Source: a virus
Taxonomy: Duplodnaviria; Heunggongvirae; Uroviricota; Caudoviricetes
Virus record (IMG/VR): IMGVR_UViG_2778261224_000007
Length of the DNA stretch: 64,000 nucleotides
Reading direction: 5' to 3' (one strand)
Shown here: positions 32,848 to 42,223 of the stretch, one piece after another
Layout of the letters: each line of letters begins with the position of its first letter
How positions within the stretch are numbered: position 1 is the stretch's first letter
Translations under genes and position numbers: made by a program
Notes under the pieces: generated by a model
What the model was told of the DNA's origin: nothing
The model's input: only the letters and a program-made list of their open reading frames with translations
The model's database searches: none

Positions 32848-34331
32848 TGGCCAGAAGTTGCGTAACGGATCCACGTTGGCGCGAGCTGGTGGCGCTATAT
32901 CGTTATGACTGGATTGCGGCCGCTGATGTGTTGTTTGGGAAGACACCAACCTGGCAGCAGGATGAGATCATTGAGTCCACGCAGCAGGACGGCAGTTGGA
33001 CAAGTGTGACCTCCGGCCATGGTACTGGTAAATCGGATATGACGAGTATCATTGCAATACTCTTCATCATGTTTTTCCCCGGCGCTCGCGTCATTCTGGT
33101 CGCTAACAAAAGACAGCAAGTCCTTGATGGTATTTTCAAATACATAAAGAGCAATTGGGCTACTGCTGTTAGCAGATTCCCGTGGTTGTCGAAGTATTTC
33201 ATTCTTACAGAAACGTCTTTTTTTGAGGTGACTGGCAAGGGTGTTTGGACAATATTGATAAAGTCCTGTCGCCCCGGAAATGAGGAGGCGTTGGCTGGTG
33301 AACACGCCGATCATCTCTTGTATATCATCGACGAAGCGTCGGGGGTGAGTGATAAAGCATTCAGTGTGATAACAGGTGCGCTGACCGGTAAGGATAACCG
33401 TATTCTGCTTCTTTCCCAGCCTACGCGACCTTCAGGCTATTTCTACGATTCACACCACAGACTAGCTATTCGCCCGGGAAATCCTGATGGATTGTTTACT
33501 GCGATAATACTGAATAGTGAAGAATCTCCGCTTGTAGATGCAAAATTTATACGAGCAAAACTTGCGGAGTATGGCGGTCGTGATAACCCCATGTACATGA
33601 TCAAAGTACGTGGTGAATTTCCCAAATCTCAAGATGGCTTTCTTCTTGGTCGTGATGAGGTTGAGCGGGCGACGCGGCGAAAGGTCAAGATTGCCAAAGG
33701 ATGGGGCTGGGTTGCATGTGTTGACGTTGCTGGTGGCACAGGACGAGATAAGTCCGTTATTAATATCATGATGGTGTCCGGCCAGCGAAATAAACGCCGT
33801 GTAATCAACTATCGTATGCTGGAATACACAGACGTTACAGAAACGCAGTTAGCCGCCAAGATTTTCGCAGAATGTAACCCAGAACGGTTCCCGAACATAA
33901 CCATAGCTATTGATGGCGATGGCTTGGGGAAATCGACGGCTGATCTAATGTACGAACGCTATGGCATTACCGTCCAGCGTATCCGCTGGGGTAAAAAGAT
34001 GCACAGCCGTGAAGATAAAAGCCTTTATTTCGATATGCGCGCTTTCGCGAATATTCAGGCGGCAGAAGCTGTAAAATCAGGGCGTATGAGGCTTGATAAG
34101 GGGGCTGCGACTATAGAGGAAGCATCAAAGATACCGGTAGGGATAAATTCCGCAGGTCAATGGAAGGTGATGTCAAAGGAAGATATGAAGAAAAAACTCA
34201 ACCTGCACTCACCGGACCATTGGGATACATATTGTTTCGCTATGTTGGCGAACTATGTTCCCCAAGATGAAGTGCTTAGCGTCGAAGACGAAGCGCAGGT
34301 TGATGAAGCTCTGGCATGGCTTAACGAGTAA
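32847..34331 (+). CDS. pacB: terminase large subunit PacB
   Basis: 494 aa, ATG overlapping pacA stop; Walker A-like [10 protein letters not shown]. Confidence 0.85.
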
Positions 34332-34334
34332 AAA

Positions 34335-34351
34335 CTTGCTCTAATAAATTG
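34335..34351 (+). promoter_or_regulatory. C1 repressor operator
   Basis: CTTGCTCTAATAAATTG, 15/17. Confidence 0.6.
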
Positions 34352-34483
34352 TGTTTTTTGACTGCCGATGTTACATTGAACCTGACCTCTTGCGCCTTGA
34401 GGCATTTTCGGTTTATGCTTATCAGGCACCTCATTAAAACGGGTGCCGGGATTGAGACCCCGGATAATGTCAAAGGCGACACA

Positions 34484-34505
34484 GACGCCGAAAGCGTCTT
34501 TTTTT
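34484..34505 (+). terminator. intrinsic terminator
   Basis: GACGC-CGAAA-GCGTC followed by TTTTTTT. Confidence 0.6.
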
Positions 34506-34690
34506 GTGTCATGCCATCGCACAGCCATACGTAGCGTTTAGCTCCGAAATCAATGGTAGTGCTGGCTGGGCTGCCGAAAGGCAGGCCGGTTCCCTTTGAC
34601 GCCGGTAGTCTCAACCCAGTCAGTGCTACCGCCATTGAGATTGAGACCTCACGCGGTAGCTCCTTAACTTAGTCAAAGGAGGCTGCCATT

Positions 34691-34912
34691 ATGGCTACTG
34701 TCCCTACCCCAACTCATCCTGAATTCATCTGGCGCTTCTATTCCTGCCAGAAACGTCACTATCACTTCGTTATTGCACCGACAGAAGATGAGGCCCGTTC
34801 TCAGCTTCCTGACGCTCCCTGCATTTTCTCTGCCCGCTTTTCCACTGATTCGCGCAACTCTCTCAGTTACTGGTGCCTCCCTGTTAACGCTTCTGCTCAG
34901 GAGGGACTATGA
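34691..34912 (+). CDS. hypothetical small protein
   Basis: 73 aa, strong AAGGAGG RBS; stop overlaps the next start. Confidence 0.5.
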   Translation: MATVPTPTHPEFIWRFYSCQKRHYHFVIAPTEDEARSQLPDAPCIFSARFSTDSRNSLSYWCLPVNASAQEGL

Positions 34913-36024
34913 GAACGTCATTAGTCACCCGTGAAGAAATGATTGAGGCAATTGAACAGCACACATCCTGTATCAGTACCAGGGATATACCGGGCGTTAT
35001 TGCCAACTACTTCATGATCACCAAACAACTTTACCGGAGAAAGGACAAGAACGCTGTTCACCGCATTCTGTTGTCTGATATCCGCGAATACCTGCTCGAA
35101 CAGGGGCATCTGAATTACGCAACCGTCGCAGCCGAAACACGCAAGGAGGCACACAGAATGAAAGCAACTAACGTTAAATCAGAAAAAACTCATGCACCTT
35201 CAGTTCAGGAATCGGAGCTGGTGGTTGTTCAGAATCAGTCTGATGAAATTCCCGTTCTGGAATGGCTGGGAGTGCGTGTAGTGACAACTAAGATCCTTGC
35301 TAAGGGGTATGGGACAGATGCGGATAACATCAAGAAGAACTTTTCCCGTAATGCTGAACGTTTTTGTGAAGGCAAGCATTTCTATAAAGTTATTGGAGAT
35401 GATTTGAACAATTTGCGGGTGACTTTAAGTAACTCACAAAATCCTATCTCTCCTAAAGCCCGCTCACTCATCCTCTGGACGGAACGCGGCGCAGCCCGCC
35501 ACGCTAAAATGATCGAAACCGATCAGGCATGGGCATTCTTTGAAAAACTGGAAGACAGCTACTTCCGACAAAAAGAACAGCAACCGATCGCAATCCCCCA
35601 GACGCTTCCAGAAGCTCTGCGCCTTGCTGCCGAACTGGCTGAACAAAAGCAACTTCTGGAACAGAAAGCCCATCAGCTAAATCAGCAGCTGGTGGCCGCA
35701 GCCCCCAAAGTCGATTTTGCCGACCGGGTATCAGTGGCTAAGGGGATCCTGATTGGGAATTTTGCAAAGGTCGTTGGACTTAAACAAAATGCGCTGTTTG
35801 CCTGGTTACGGGAGAACGGCATTCTGATAGCGTCCGGCGGCCGTAAAAATGTACCGTTCCAGCAGTACATAAACGCCGGATATTTCACAGTGAAAGAAGT
35901 GGTGCTGGATGATGAAGAGGGCTACCAGATACGGCTGACGCCCCAATTAACGGGGAAAGGCCAACAGTGGTTGACGCGTAAACTGCTCGATGCTGGCTTG
36001 TTAAAACCGGTGGCGGCTGAATAA
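34909..36024 (+). CDS. antirepressor-like protein (ORF6N-type N-domain plus KilA-C/Ant C-domain)
   Basis: Central ILAKGYGTDADNIKKNFSRNAERF...HFYKV (ORF6N-like) and C-terminal VDFADRVSVAKGIL...KNVPFQQYINAGYF (Ant/KilA-C-like). Confidence 0.55.
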   Translation: MRTSLVTREEMIEAIEQHTSCISTRDIPGVIANYFMITKQLYRRKDKNAVHRILLSDIREYLLEQGHLNYATVAAETRKEAHRMKATNVKSEKTHAPSVQESELVVVQNQSDEIPVLEWLGVRVVTTKILAKGYGTDADNIKKNFSRNAERFCEGKHFYKVIGDDLNNLRVTLSNSQNPISPKARSLILWTERGAARHAKMIETDQAWAFFEKLEDSYFRQKEQQPIAIPQTLPEALRLAAELAEQKQLLEQKAHQLNQQLVAAAPKVDFADRVSVAKGILIGNFAKVVGLKQNALFAWLRENGILIASGGRKNVPFQQYINAGYFTVKEVVLDDEEGYQIRLTPQLTGKGQQWLTRKLLDAGLLKPVAAE

Positions 36025-36027
36025 TGG

Positions 36028-36050
36028 AAGAATGCCCGGTTGATGCCGGG
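36028..36050. terminator. hairpin between convergent genes
   Basis: ATGCCCGG-TTGAT-GCCGGGCAT. Confidence 0.4.
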
Positions 36051-36056
36051 CATAAT

Positions 36057-36908
36057 TTATTGCGCGCTTTCGGGGTTGTCGTTTACTGGCTGCCCCTTCT
36101 TGGTTTTACGGCTGCGCGTAACTGATGCGGCTGACTTAACCTTTTTCTCTTCGCGAGTGATGGCAATTTGTTTTTTTACATTTTCAATATCTGCCAGGCG
36201 ATATATTTTTGCTTGCGGCCAGCGGTCGCAGATGATCGGTTCTATGGAGTCATAAAGGCTAAATTTTGCTTTTTCGAATTCACCGTTGATGATGATTCCA
36301 TCACGGAGAGTTTCATCGCAGATAAACACGCCACACAGCGGTACATGGTAACTAACTGATTTACCATCATTGTAGTTAGGGCTACTGGAGATGTAGTGGA
36401 CGCGCAGCATTGTTTCGCTAAAGCCGTGTACACGCATACGGAATTTTTCATCCTCCGGGTACTGCCTCATTAGCTCTTTTGTTGCTTCCAGGTTCTCTAT
36501 GTATTTCGCACTGTGCTCATTGATCCCCGCGCTTTTTTGGATGCGAATGTCCTTATCAATCAGATGAATAATGCGGCCAGCGGTCATGTTGACGCTGTTC
36601 ACAGCTTCTGTCTGATAAGTTGTAACCTTGCGCACACCGCGAAGGATGTTAGGCACTGGATATAAAATAGTCTTTGGGATATTGAGGTCTGGGTACTGTT
36701 CCAGTTCCCGCGCCATTAAAGTCCATTTATCAATTTCAGCCTGAATGCTGTCCGTTTCTTTGAACGGTAGAACGACAACCGGGCGTACAGGACGACCGTC
36801 GCTGGCGGTATCAACGTGTTGGGCGCGTGCAACAGCTTTTTTTAGAAAGAGATCCCTGAAGCTGACAAACTCCTGGTACAGTTGTTCGCCGTAGACATAA
36901 TTTATCAT
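36057..36908 (-). CDS. c1: master repressor C1
   Basis: 283-aa ORF immediately downstream of coi, GGAGGAGG RBS; size and position match P1 c1; operator copies genome-wide. Confidence 0.85.
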   Translation of the reverse strand: MINYVYGEQLYQEFVSFRDLFLKKAVARAQHVDTASDGRPVRPVVVLPFKETDSIQAEIDKWTLMARELEQYPDLNIPKTILYPVPNILRGVRKVTTYQTEAVNSVNMTAGRIIHLIDKDIRIQKSAGINEHSAKYIENLEATKELMRQYPEDEKFRMRVHGFSETMLRVHYISSSPNYNDGKSVSYHVPLCGVFICDETLRDGIIINGEFEKAKFSLYDSIEPIICDRWPQAKIYRLADIENVKKQIAITREEKKVKSAASVTRSRKTKKGQPVNDNPESAQ

Positions 36909-37002
36909 TGATCCTCCTCCAGAATTGACATGGTCAATAACGCCCGGCTGAGAAAACCGGTCATTACTGACCTATATTATAGAGGGATCAAACAAAAATA
37001 AT

Positions 37003-37019
37003 AGATTTATTAGTGCATT
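37003..37019 (-). promoter_or_regulatory. C1 repressor operator
   Basis: AGATTTATTAGTGCATT. Confidence 0.55.
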
Positions 37020-37228
37020 TATTGTGAGTCTAACTGGTTAGTTGCCATGAGATATTCGATTGTGTCAGTGAGGTCATCCAGGTCGTCTTGGGTGATGCGG
37101 TACTCCTGATTGGATATCTTTGAGTAGTGTTCAGCAATGGCGCGGGCTGCGTCGGTTTCGGCAGGGTCTACAGATAAAGCGTTAGAGCAATGTCTAACGT
37201 CGTCGATGGTTGGTTGAATGAAAGCCAT
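37019..37228 (-). CDS. coi: C1 inactivator Coi
   Basis: 69-aa acidic protein directly upstream of c1. Confidence 0.8.
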   Translation of the reverse strand: MAFIQPTIDDVRHCSNALSVDPAETDAARAIAEHYSKISNQEYRITQDDLDDLTDTIEYLMATNQLDSQ

Positions 37229-37466
37229 AATTATGCCTCACTGTATTGACAACACAGAGCCTGAAGCTCTGACCTACTGTTTCACCCATGATCCATGCTG
37301 GGGTAATCTAACAACATTGCGCTGTGTGTAAGATGAGCAATGCATAGCTGTAATGCCGTTGTATAAGGTTTCCCTGTTTGCTCATTTCCTTCTGAGCCGC
37401 TCTACAACGCTGAAGACACATTAAATAGTGAATCCCAAGTTGTATTACGAAACGGCGGCAAAACTA

Positions 37467-37483
37467 TAATTTATTAGAGCAAT
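37467..37483 (-). promoter_or_regulatory. C1 repressor operator
   Basis: TAATTTATTAGAGCAAT, 16/17. Confidence 0.7.
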
Positions 37484-37549
37484 TGTCAAACAACTATGAA
37501 AAACAATCCAGTTTTTTGCTGGTGGAGTGGGATTTTTCTCTCAAAATTT

Positions 37550-37566
37550 ATTGCTCTAATAATTCT
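37550..37566 (+). promoter_or_regulatory. C1 repressor operator
   Basis: ATTGCTCTAATAATTCT. Confidence 0.6.
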
Positions 37567-37609
37567 TGATTTTTATGCGCAGCTGGACGTAAACTCCTCT
37601 TCGGGCCTA

Positions 37610-37643
37610 ATAACTTCGTATAGCATACATTATACGAAGTTAT
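37610..37643. other. loxP: loxP site-specific recombination site
   Basis: Exact 34-bp ATAACTTCGTATA-GCATACAT-TATACGAAGTTAT. Confidence 0.98.
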
Positions 37644-37831
37644 CTTAAGGGTTATTGAACATGATCAATTTACCTGTAAATCCATACAGTTCAATACCTT
37701 ACAGGTCAAATAGTGATCACTTGATCATTTGATCAAGGTTGCGCTACGTAAAATCTGCGAAATGTTGGCAGTGTTAGTGCTCCAGATTTCGCGTAGCGCA
37801 CTTAGCACCACCAATCAATCAGAGGTGAAAA

Positions 37832-38053
37832 ATGGGATATTCAGCTGCTAAAGTGTCCACTCATCTTGAGCTTGAGAAAAACCGTGGTTACTGGCGGGCA
37901 AAAGGGTTTGATCGTGATAGTTGTCAACTGTCATTATCGCGCGGTGAAGAGAAAATAGAACGCACGCGCGGTCGCTGGCGTTTCTATGACGAGAACCATA
38001 AACAGGTAAAGGCAGAGCCGATCCTGTACACTTTACTTAAAACCATTATCTGA
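37832..38053 (+). CDS. hypothetical small protein between loxP and cre
   Basis: 73-aa ORF with GAGGTG RBS, ends 8 bp before cre. Confidence 0.35.
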   Translation: MGYSAAKVSTHLELEKNRGYWRAKGFDRDSCQLSLSRGEEKIERTRGRWRFYDENHKQVKAEPILYTLLKTII

Positions 38054-38060
38054 GTGTTAA

Positions 38061-39092
38061 ATGTCCAATTTACTGACCGTACACCAAAATTTGCCTGCAT
38101 TACCGGTCGATGCAACGAGTGATGAGGTTCGCAAGAACCTGATGGACATGTTCAGGGATCGCCAGGCGTTTTCTGAGCATACCTGGAAAATGCTTCTGTC
38201 CGTTTGCCGGTCGTGGGCGGCATGGTGCAAGTTAAATAACCGGAAATGGTTTCCCGCAGAACCTGAAGATGTTCGCGATTATCTTCTATATCTTCAGGCG
38301 CGCGGTCTGGCAGTGAAAACTATCCAGCAACATTTGGGCCAGCTAAATATGCTTCATCGTCGGTCCGGGCTGCCACGACCAAGTGACAGCAATGCTGTTT
38401 CACTGGTCATGCGGCGGATCCGAAAAGAAAACGTTGATGCCGGTGAACGTGCAAAACAGGCACTGGCGTTCGAACGCACTGATTTCGACCAGGTTCGTTC
38501 ACTCATAGAAAATAGCGATCGCTGCCAGGATATACGTAATCTGGCATTTCTGGGGATTGCTTATAACACCCTGTTACGTATAGCCGAAATTGCCAGGATC
38601 AGGGTTAAAGATATCTCACGTACTGACGGTGGGAGAATGTTAATCCATATTGGCAGAACGAAAACGCTGGTTAGCACCGCAGGTGTAGAGAAGGCACTTA
38701 GCCTGGGGGTAACTAAACTGGTCGAGCGATGGATTTCCGTCTCTGGTGTGGCTGATGATCCGAATAACTACTTGTTTTGCCGGGTCAGAAAAAATGGTGT
38801 TGCCTCGCCATCATCCACCAGCCAGCTATCAACTCGCGCCCTGGAAGGGATTTTTGAAGCAACTCACCGATTGATTTACGGGGCTAAGGATGACTCTGGT
38901 CAGAGGTACCTGGCCTGGTCTGGACACAGTGCCCGTGTCGGAGCCGCGCGAGATATGGCCCGCGCCGGAGTTTCAATACCGGAGATCATGCAAGCTGGTG
39001 GCTGGACCAACGTAAATATTGTCATGAACTATATCCGTAACCTGGATAGTGAAACAGGGGCAATGGTGCGCCTGCTGGAAGATGGCGATTAG
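38061..39092 (+). CDS. cre: Cre site-specific tyrosine recombinase
   Basis: 343-aa protein recognised as P1 Cre (MSNLLTVHQNLPALPVDATSDEVRKNLMDMFRDRQAFSEHTWKMLLSVCRSWAAWCKLNNRKWFPAEPEDVRDYLLYLQARGLAVKTIQQHLGQLNMLHRRSGLPRPSDSNAVSLVMRRIRKENVDAGERAKQALAFERTDFDQVRSLIENSDRCQDIRNLAFLGIAYNTLLRIAEIARIRVKDISRTDGGRMLIHIGRTKTLVSTAGVEKALSLGVTKLVERWISVSGVADDPNNYLFCRVRKNGVASPSSTSQLSTRALEGIFEATHRLIYGAKDDSGQRYLAWSGHSARVGAARDMARAGVSIPEIMQAGGWTNVNIVMNYIRNLDSETGAMVRLLEDGD), adjacent to loxP. Confidence 0.98.
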   Translation: MSNLLTVHQNLPALPVDATSDEVRKNLMDMFRDRQAFSEHTWKMLLSVCRSWAAWCKLNNRKWFPAEPEDVRDYLLYLQARGLAVKTIQQHLGQLNMLHRRSGLPRPSDSNAVSLVMRRIRKENVDAGERAKQALAFERTDFDQVRSLIENSDRCQDIRNLAFLGIAYNTLLRIAEIARIRVKDISRTDGGRMLIHIGRTKTLVSTAGVEKALSLGVTKLVERWISVSGVADDPNNYLFCRVRKNGVASPSSTSQLSTRALEGIFEATHRLIYGAKDDSGQRYLAWSGHSARVGAARDMARAGVSIPEIMQAGGWTNVNIVMNYIRNLDSETGAMVRLLEDGD

Positions 39093-39109
39093 CCATTAAC
39101 GCGTAAATG

Positions 39110-39126
39110 ATTGCTCTAATTCTTTG
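39110..39126 (+). promoter_or_regulatory. C1 operator-like site
   Basis: ATTGCTCTAATTCTTTG. Confidence 0.45.
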
Positions 39127-39142
39127 ATATTTATGGCGACAT

Positions 39143-39454
39143 ATGAGAAAGAATTTCAACATCGACGGAAAATATGTAGTGCTGTCAGTGAGCACTAATA
39201 TTCAGTCGCCAGCCGTCATTGTCACTGTAAAGCTGAGCGATAGAATGCCTGATATTGACTCAATATCCGTTGCGTTCCCTGTCAGAAGTATGCGTAGTGC
39301 TGAACATTTCGTGATGAATGCCACCGAGGAAGAAGCACGGCGCGGTTTTGCTAAAGTGATGTCTGAGTTTGGCGAATTTTTGGGGCACGTTGACAAAGCC
39401 CTCTCAATCAGTTCAGCAAGGTCCAAAGCATTAACAGCTTCCATGATGAAATAA
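39143..39454 (+). CDS. cra: Cra (cre-associated function)
   Basis: 103-aa ORF immediately downstream of cre. Confidence 0.6.
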   Translation: MRKNFNIDGKYVVLSVSTNIQSPAVIVTVKLSDRMPDIDSISVAFPVRSMRSAEHFVMNATEEEARRGFAKVMSEFGEFLGHVDKALSISSARSKALTASMMK

Positions 39455-39585
39455 AAAAAGCCTGGCAAGGAGCCAGGCTGCACAAAAGAGCGGGTTTGTA
39501 TTCCGCATCCAATCAATCAAGAAGGAGTATAGCACACAGGTACTGAAGTGAAAAAATGTGATTCGCGATAAACAAAATATCTACC

Positions 39586-39602
39586 ATTGCTCTAATTGAT
39601 TG
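39586..39602 (+). promoter_or_regulatory. C1 operator overlapping the ref promoter (TATAAT at 39605-39610)
   Basis: ATTGCTCTAATTGATTG followed by TATAAT. Confidence 0.6.
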
Positions 39603-39700
39603 CTATAATTGAGCCGCAGTTTTTGTCAACTACGAAGACGTTGCCATTACTTAACTCCTTGACATCATTGGCGGCCATCAGGCCGCCTTTTTTTTGCCAT

Positions 39701-40261
39701 ATGAAAACAATCGAACAAAAAATTGAACAGCACCGTAAGTGGCAGAAGGCAGCCAGAGAACGAGCGATCGCTCGGCAACGGGAGAAGTTGGCTGATCCGG
39801 CCTGGCGAGAATCTCAATATCAGAAAATGCGGAATACTATCGACCGCCGTATCGCTAAACAGAAAGAGCGCCCACCAGCCAGCAAAACGCGGAAAAGCGC
39901 GGTAAAGATAAAATCTCGTGGCTTGAAGGGGCGAACACCGACAGCGGAGGAACGGAGCATCACCAATGCTCTTGGCGCTCTCCCCTGCATTGCCTGCTAC
40001 ATGCATGGAGTAATATCTGAAGAGGTATCTCTGCACCATATCTCCGGTCGTACCGCGCCGGGTTGTCACAAAAAGCAATTGCCCCTTTGTAGATGGCACC
40101 ACCAGCATGCAGCACCAGCTGAAGTAAGAGAAAAATTCCCCTGGCTGGTCCCTGTTCATGCTGATGGTGTGGTTGGAGGCAAGAAAGAATTCACCCTGCT
40201 GAACAAGTCAGAGATGGAGTTACTGGCTGACGCCTATGAGATGGCAAACATTATGCACTAA
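39701..40261 (+). CDS. ref: Ref HNH endonuclease (recombination enhancement function)
   Basis: 186 aa from ATG 39701 (MKTIEQKIEQ...); HNH-like Cys/His cluster (CIACYMHG...HH...CHKK...CRWHH). Confidence 0.85.
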   Translation: MKTIEQKIEQHRKWQKAARERAIARQREKLADPAWRESQYQKMRNTIDRRIAKQKERPPASKTRKSAVKIKSRGLKGRTPTAEERSITNALGALPCIACYMHGVISEEVSLHHISGRTAPGCHKKQLPLCRWHHQHAAPAEVREKFPWLVPVHADGVVGGKKEFTLLNKSEMELLADAYEMANIMH

Positions 40262-40296
40262 TAAATATATTATTTTTAATGATAAATGATTGACAA

Positions 40297-40320
40297 CTGA
40301 CAAGTGACTTCAGTCAGAAT
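40297..40320 (+). promoter_or_regulatory. candidate late promoter of mat
   Basis: CTGACAAGTGACTTCAGT-CAGAAT. Confidence 0.45.
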
Positions 40321-40450
40321 CATCACATGCCCGGTACGGATGGATCCCTTTTCAAATATTCCATGGACGGCACAGTCTGAGTACCGGGCGCTACCTTCAG
40401 TTGTATTGCTAAGCCGCCGCTGGTGGCTTTTCTTTTTTATAAGGGGCGCT

Positions 40451-41092
40451 ATGGATAAGAAAATATGCGTTGTTTCGATGAGCGTCGGCAAACCGGCGTC
40501 AATGACTGCCGCATGGATCAACAATGAGCTGATAATGGCTGAGCGGACCAGCTACCCTGAACGCCGCCGCGATATGGAACTCCAGCTGCTGCGCGAATTG
40601 CGAGAAAAAGAGGAAAAGGGTTTTATCGTGCTGGTGGAAGAGGAAAACAGCTTTATTACGGGTCGAGTTGGCCAGCGTGTAAGGTTGCGCGATCCCTTCA
40701 TGAACGGCAGGCCGGTACTAATTGAAGCAATGCAGATTTACAAGGAGCTGGAACGCCAGAAAGCGATCAAGTTACCGCGCAAAGAATCCGGCAAATACAT
40801 CCTCCACCAAAGCATCTTCGATTCCGAACACGACAAAAAAGGCGATGAATTTTTCAACATCAACTGGAGCGAAATAACGACAGAGCACGTTCTGTCGTTG
40901 TTATGCTGCTTCGCAACGGAATATAACAACGTTGCAAGCGCCGACTACATCAGGGCAATGGCTGGAGAAGTTGAGGCTCGCCAGGAACCATCGTTACTAA
41001 GCCCTCTGATTAACATAATTCGCGGAACCCAATGTCTAGCCGACAAGCGAGTTCCTCAAGGCTTACTTACCGGCAAAGAAAACTATTTATAA
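40451..41092 (+). CDS. mat: particle maturation protein Mat
   Basis: Start at ATG 40451 with AAGGGG RBS; position after ref as in P1. Confidence 0.7.
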   Translation: MDKKICVVSMSVGKPASMTAAWINNELIMAERTSYPERRRDMELQLLRELREKEEKGFIVLVEEENSFITGRVGQRVRLRDPFMNGRPVLIEAMQIYKELERQKAIKLPRKESGKYILHQSIFDSEHDKKGDEFFNINWSEITTEHVLSLLCCFATEYNNVASADYIRAMAGEVEARQEPSLLSPLINIIRGTQCLADKRVPQGLLTGKENYL

Positions 41093-41117
41093 TTAATTAC
41101 GTCAGTAGCCAATAGAG

Positions 41118-41153
41118 ATTTTTGTTGTGGAACAAAAATATATATTTTACAAT
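41118..41153 (+). promoter_or_regulatory. hairpin plus candidate sigma70 promoter (TTGTGG-17-TACAAT) for the inserted cassette
   Basis: ATTTTTGTT-GTGG-AACAAAAAT hairpin; -10 TACAAT at 41148-41153. Confidence 0.35.
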
Positions 41154-41182
41154 CTAGTAACTTTGGGTGGGGGATTATTACA

Positions 41183-42223
41183 ATGATGAATATTAAGCCG
41201 CTGAAAATTAGGAACAAGGTCATGAAGCCTCATAAAGCATTATTAAACCCTGACCTAACCGCAAGGAATGTACTTACATACAGTCATTGGGATTTTGTCG
41301 AACTCTGGTTAAAGCGAAACGAAAAAGATGAGGCTCTTTTTTATTGGGAGCAAGCAAAAGTATTTAATCAGGCGGCCAATGGTTTACCCAACCAATCAGC
41401 CCCACTTTTGCACTATTATTCATTCATGAATGCAGTAAAGGCGTTACTTTCATCTCGCAATATAAACTTCAAACAGCATCATGGTGTTGCTAGGGGTGAA
41501 AATGCAGCCCAAATTGATAACTTATCTGATATAAAAGTAAAAATAAAAAATGAGGGTATACTTCCGTCTTTTTCAAAATATATTGACGGCACCTCTCATG
41601 AGGGGGTGTACAATATAAAAAACCTTTTTTCTGGATTGCCATATATTCATCGTACATATTGCCTTACTTATGATGTAACTGATGATATATTTATTCCACT
41701 GATCGATGCTGAGTTCGTTTTGAATGAGTCAGACAATAGCCTGTTTTTCACTGCGATTTTATCCAAGGATTTTCGGTTCGACACAGTTTTCGACATTCTA
41801 CCGCCAGCGTTCGAATTGTTTGAAAGAGAAAAGTACAAAATAAAATCAGTAGAATCATTACTTGATTATAATGAAAATCAATCGTCCAACATGCCGCAAT
41901 TAACTGAATTTCATAAAAAAATAAGAAGAAATCTTTACTATATCAATGGCGCAGAGACTCTTTGGTATCTCAAACGTAAAAACAATCAATCTGAGCATAC
42001 TTCTGTTTCAATATCGCCATTGGTTATAACCCTAGCAGCTATGCATCGATTAAGTGAGCTATGTCGGTATGACCCACTTAAGCTAAGACAGTTACTAAAT
42101 GAAAAAGAAAACTGGATTATTGCTGAATTTATTCAACAATCTCCGTCACAGTTTATAGATGCAATTTCATCTGAAATTACTGGACACCAATTTCTTATCC
42201 CAAACGTAAGGTCTGCTTCTTAA
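41183..42223 (+). CDS. hypothetical protein, unrecognised family (cassette gene A)
   Basis: 346-aa ORF with GGTGGGGGA RBS; AT-rich; possible Rx6H (RKNNQSEH) motif near C-terminus; no nucleotide-binding motifs seen. Confidence 0.8.
   Translation: MMNIKPLKIRNKVMKPHKALLNPDLTARNVLTYSHWDFVELWLKRNEKDEALFYWEQAKVFNQAANGLPNQSAPLLHYYSFMNAVKALLSSRNINFKQHHGVARGENAAQIDNLSDIKVKIKNEGILPSFSKYIDGTSHEGVYNIKNLFSGLPYIHRTYCLTYDVTDDIFIPLIDAEFVLNESDNSLFFTAILSKDFRFDTVFDILPPAFELFEREKYKIKSVESLLDYNENQSSNMPQLTEFHKKIRRNLYYINGAETLWYLKRKNNQSEHTSVSISPLVITLAAMHRLSELCRYDPLKLRQLLNEKENWIIAEFIQQSPSQFIDAISSEITGHQFLIPNVRSAS

Noticed and set aside
37171-37203. Additional C1 operator inside coi (AAGCGTTAGAGCAATG)
   Set aside because: Only about 11/17 match and it lies within coding sequence; too weak to call
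39596-39700. Upstream start (39596) for ref given by the ORF track
   Set aside because: That ATG lies inside the operator/-10 region and upstream of a leader hairpin; ATG 39701 gives the known 186-aa Ref size
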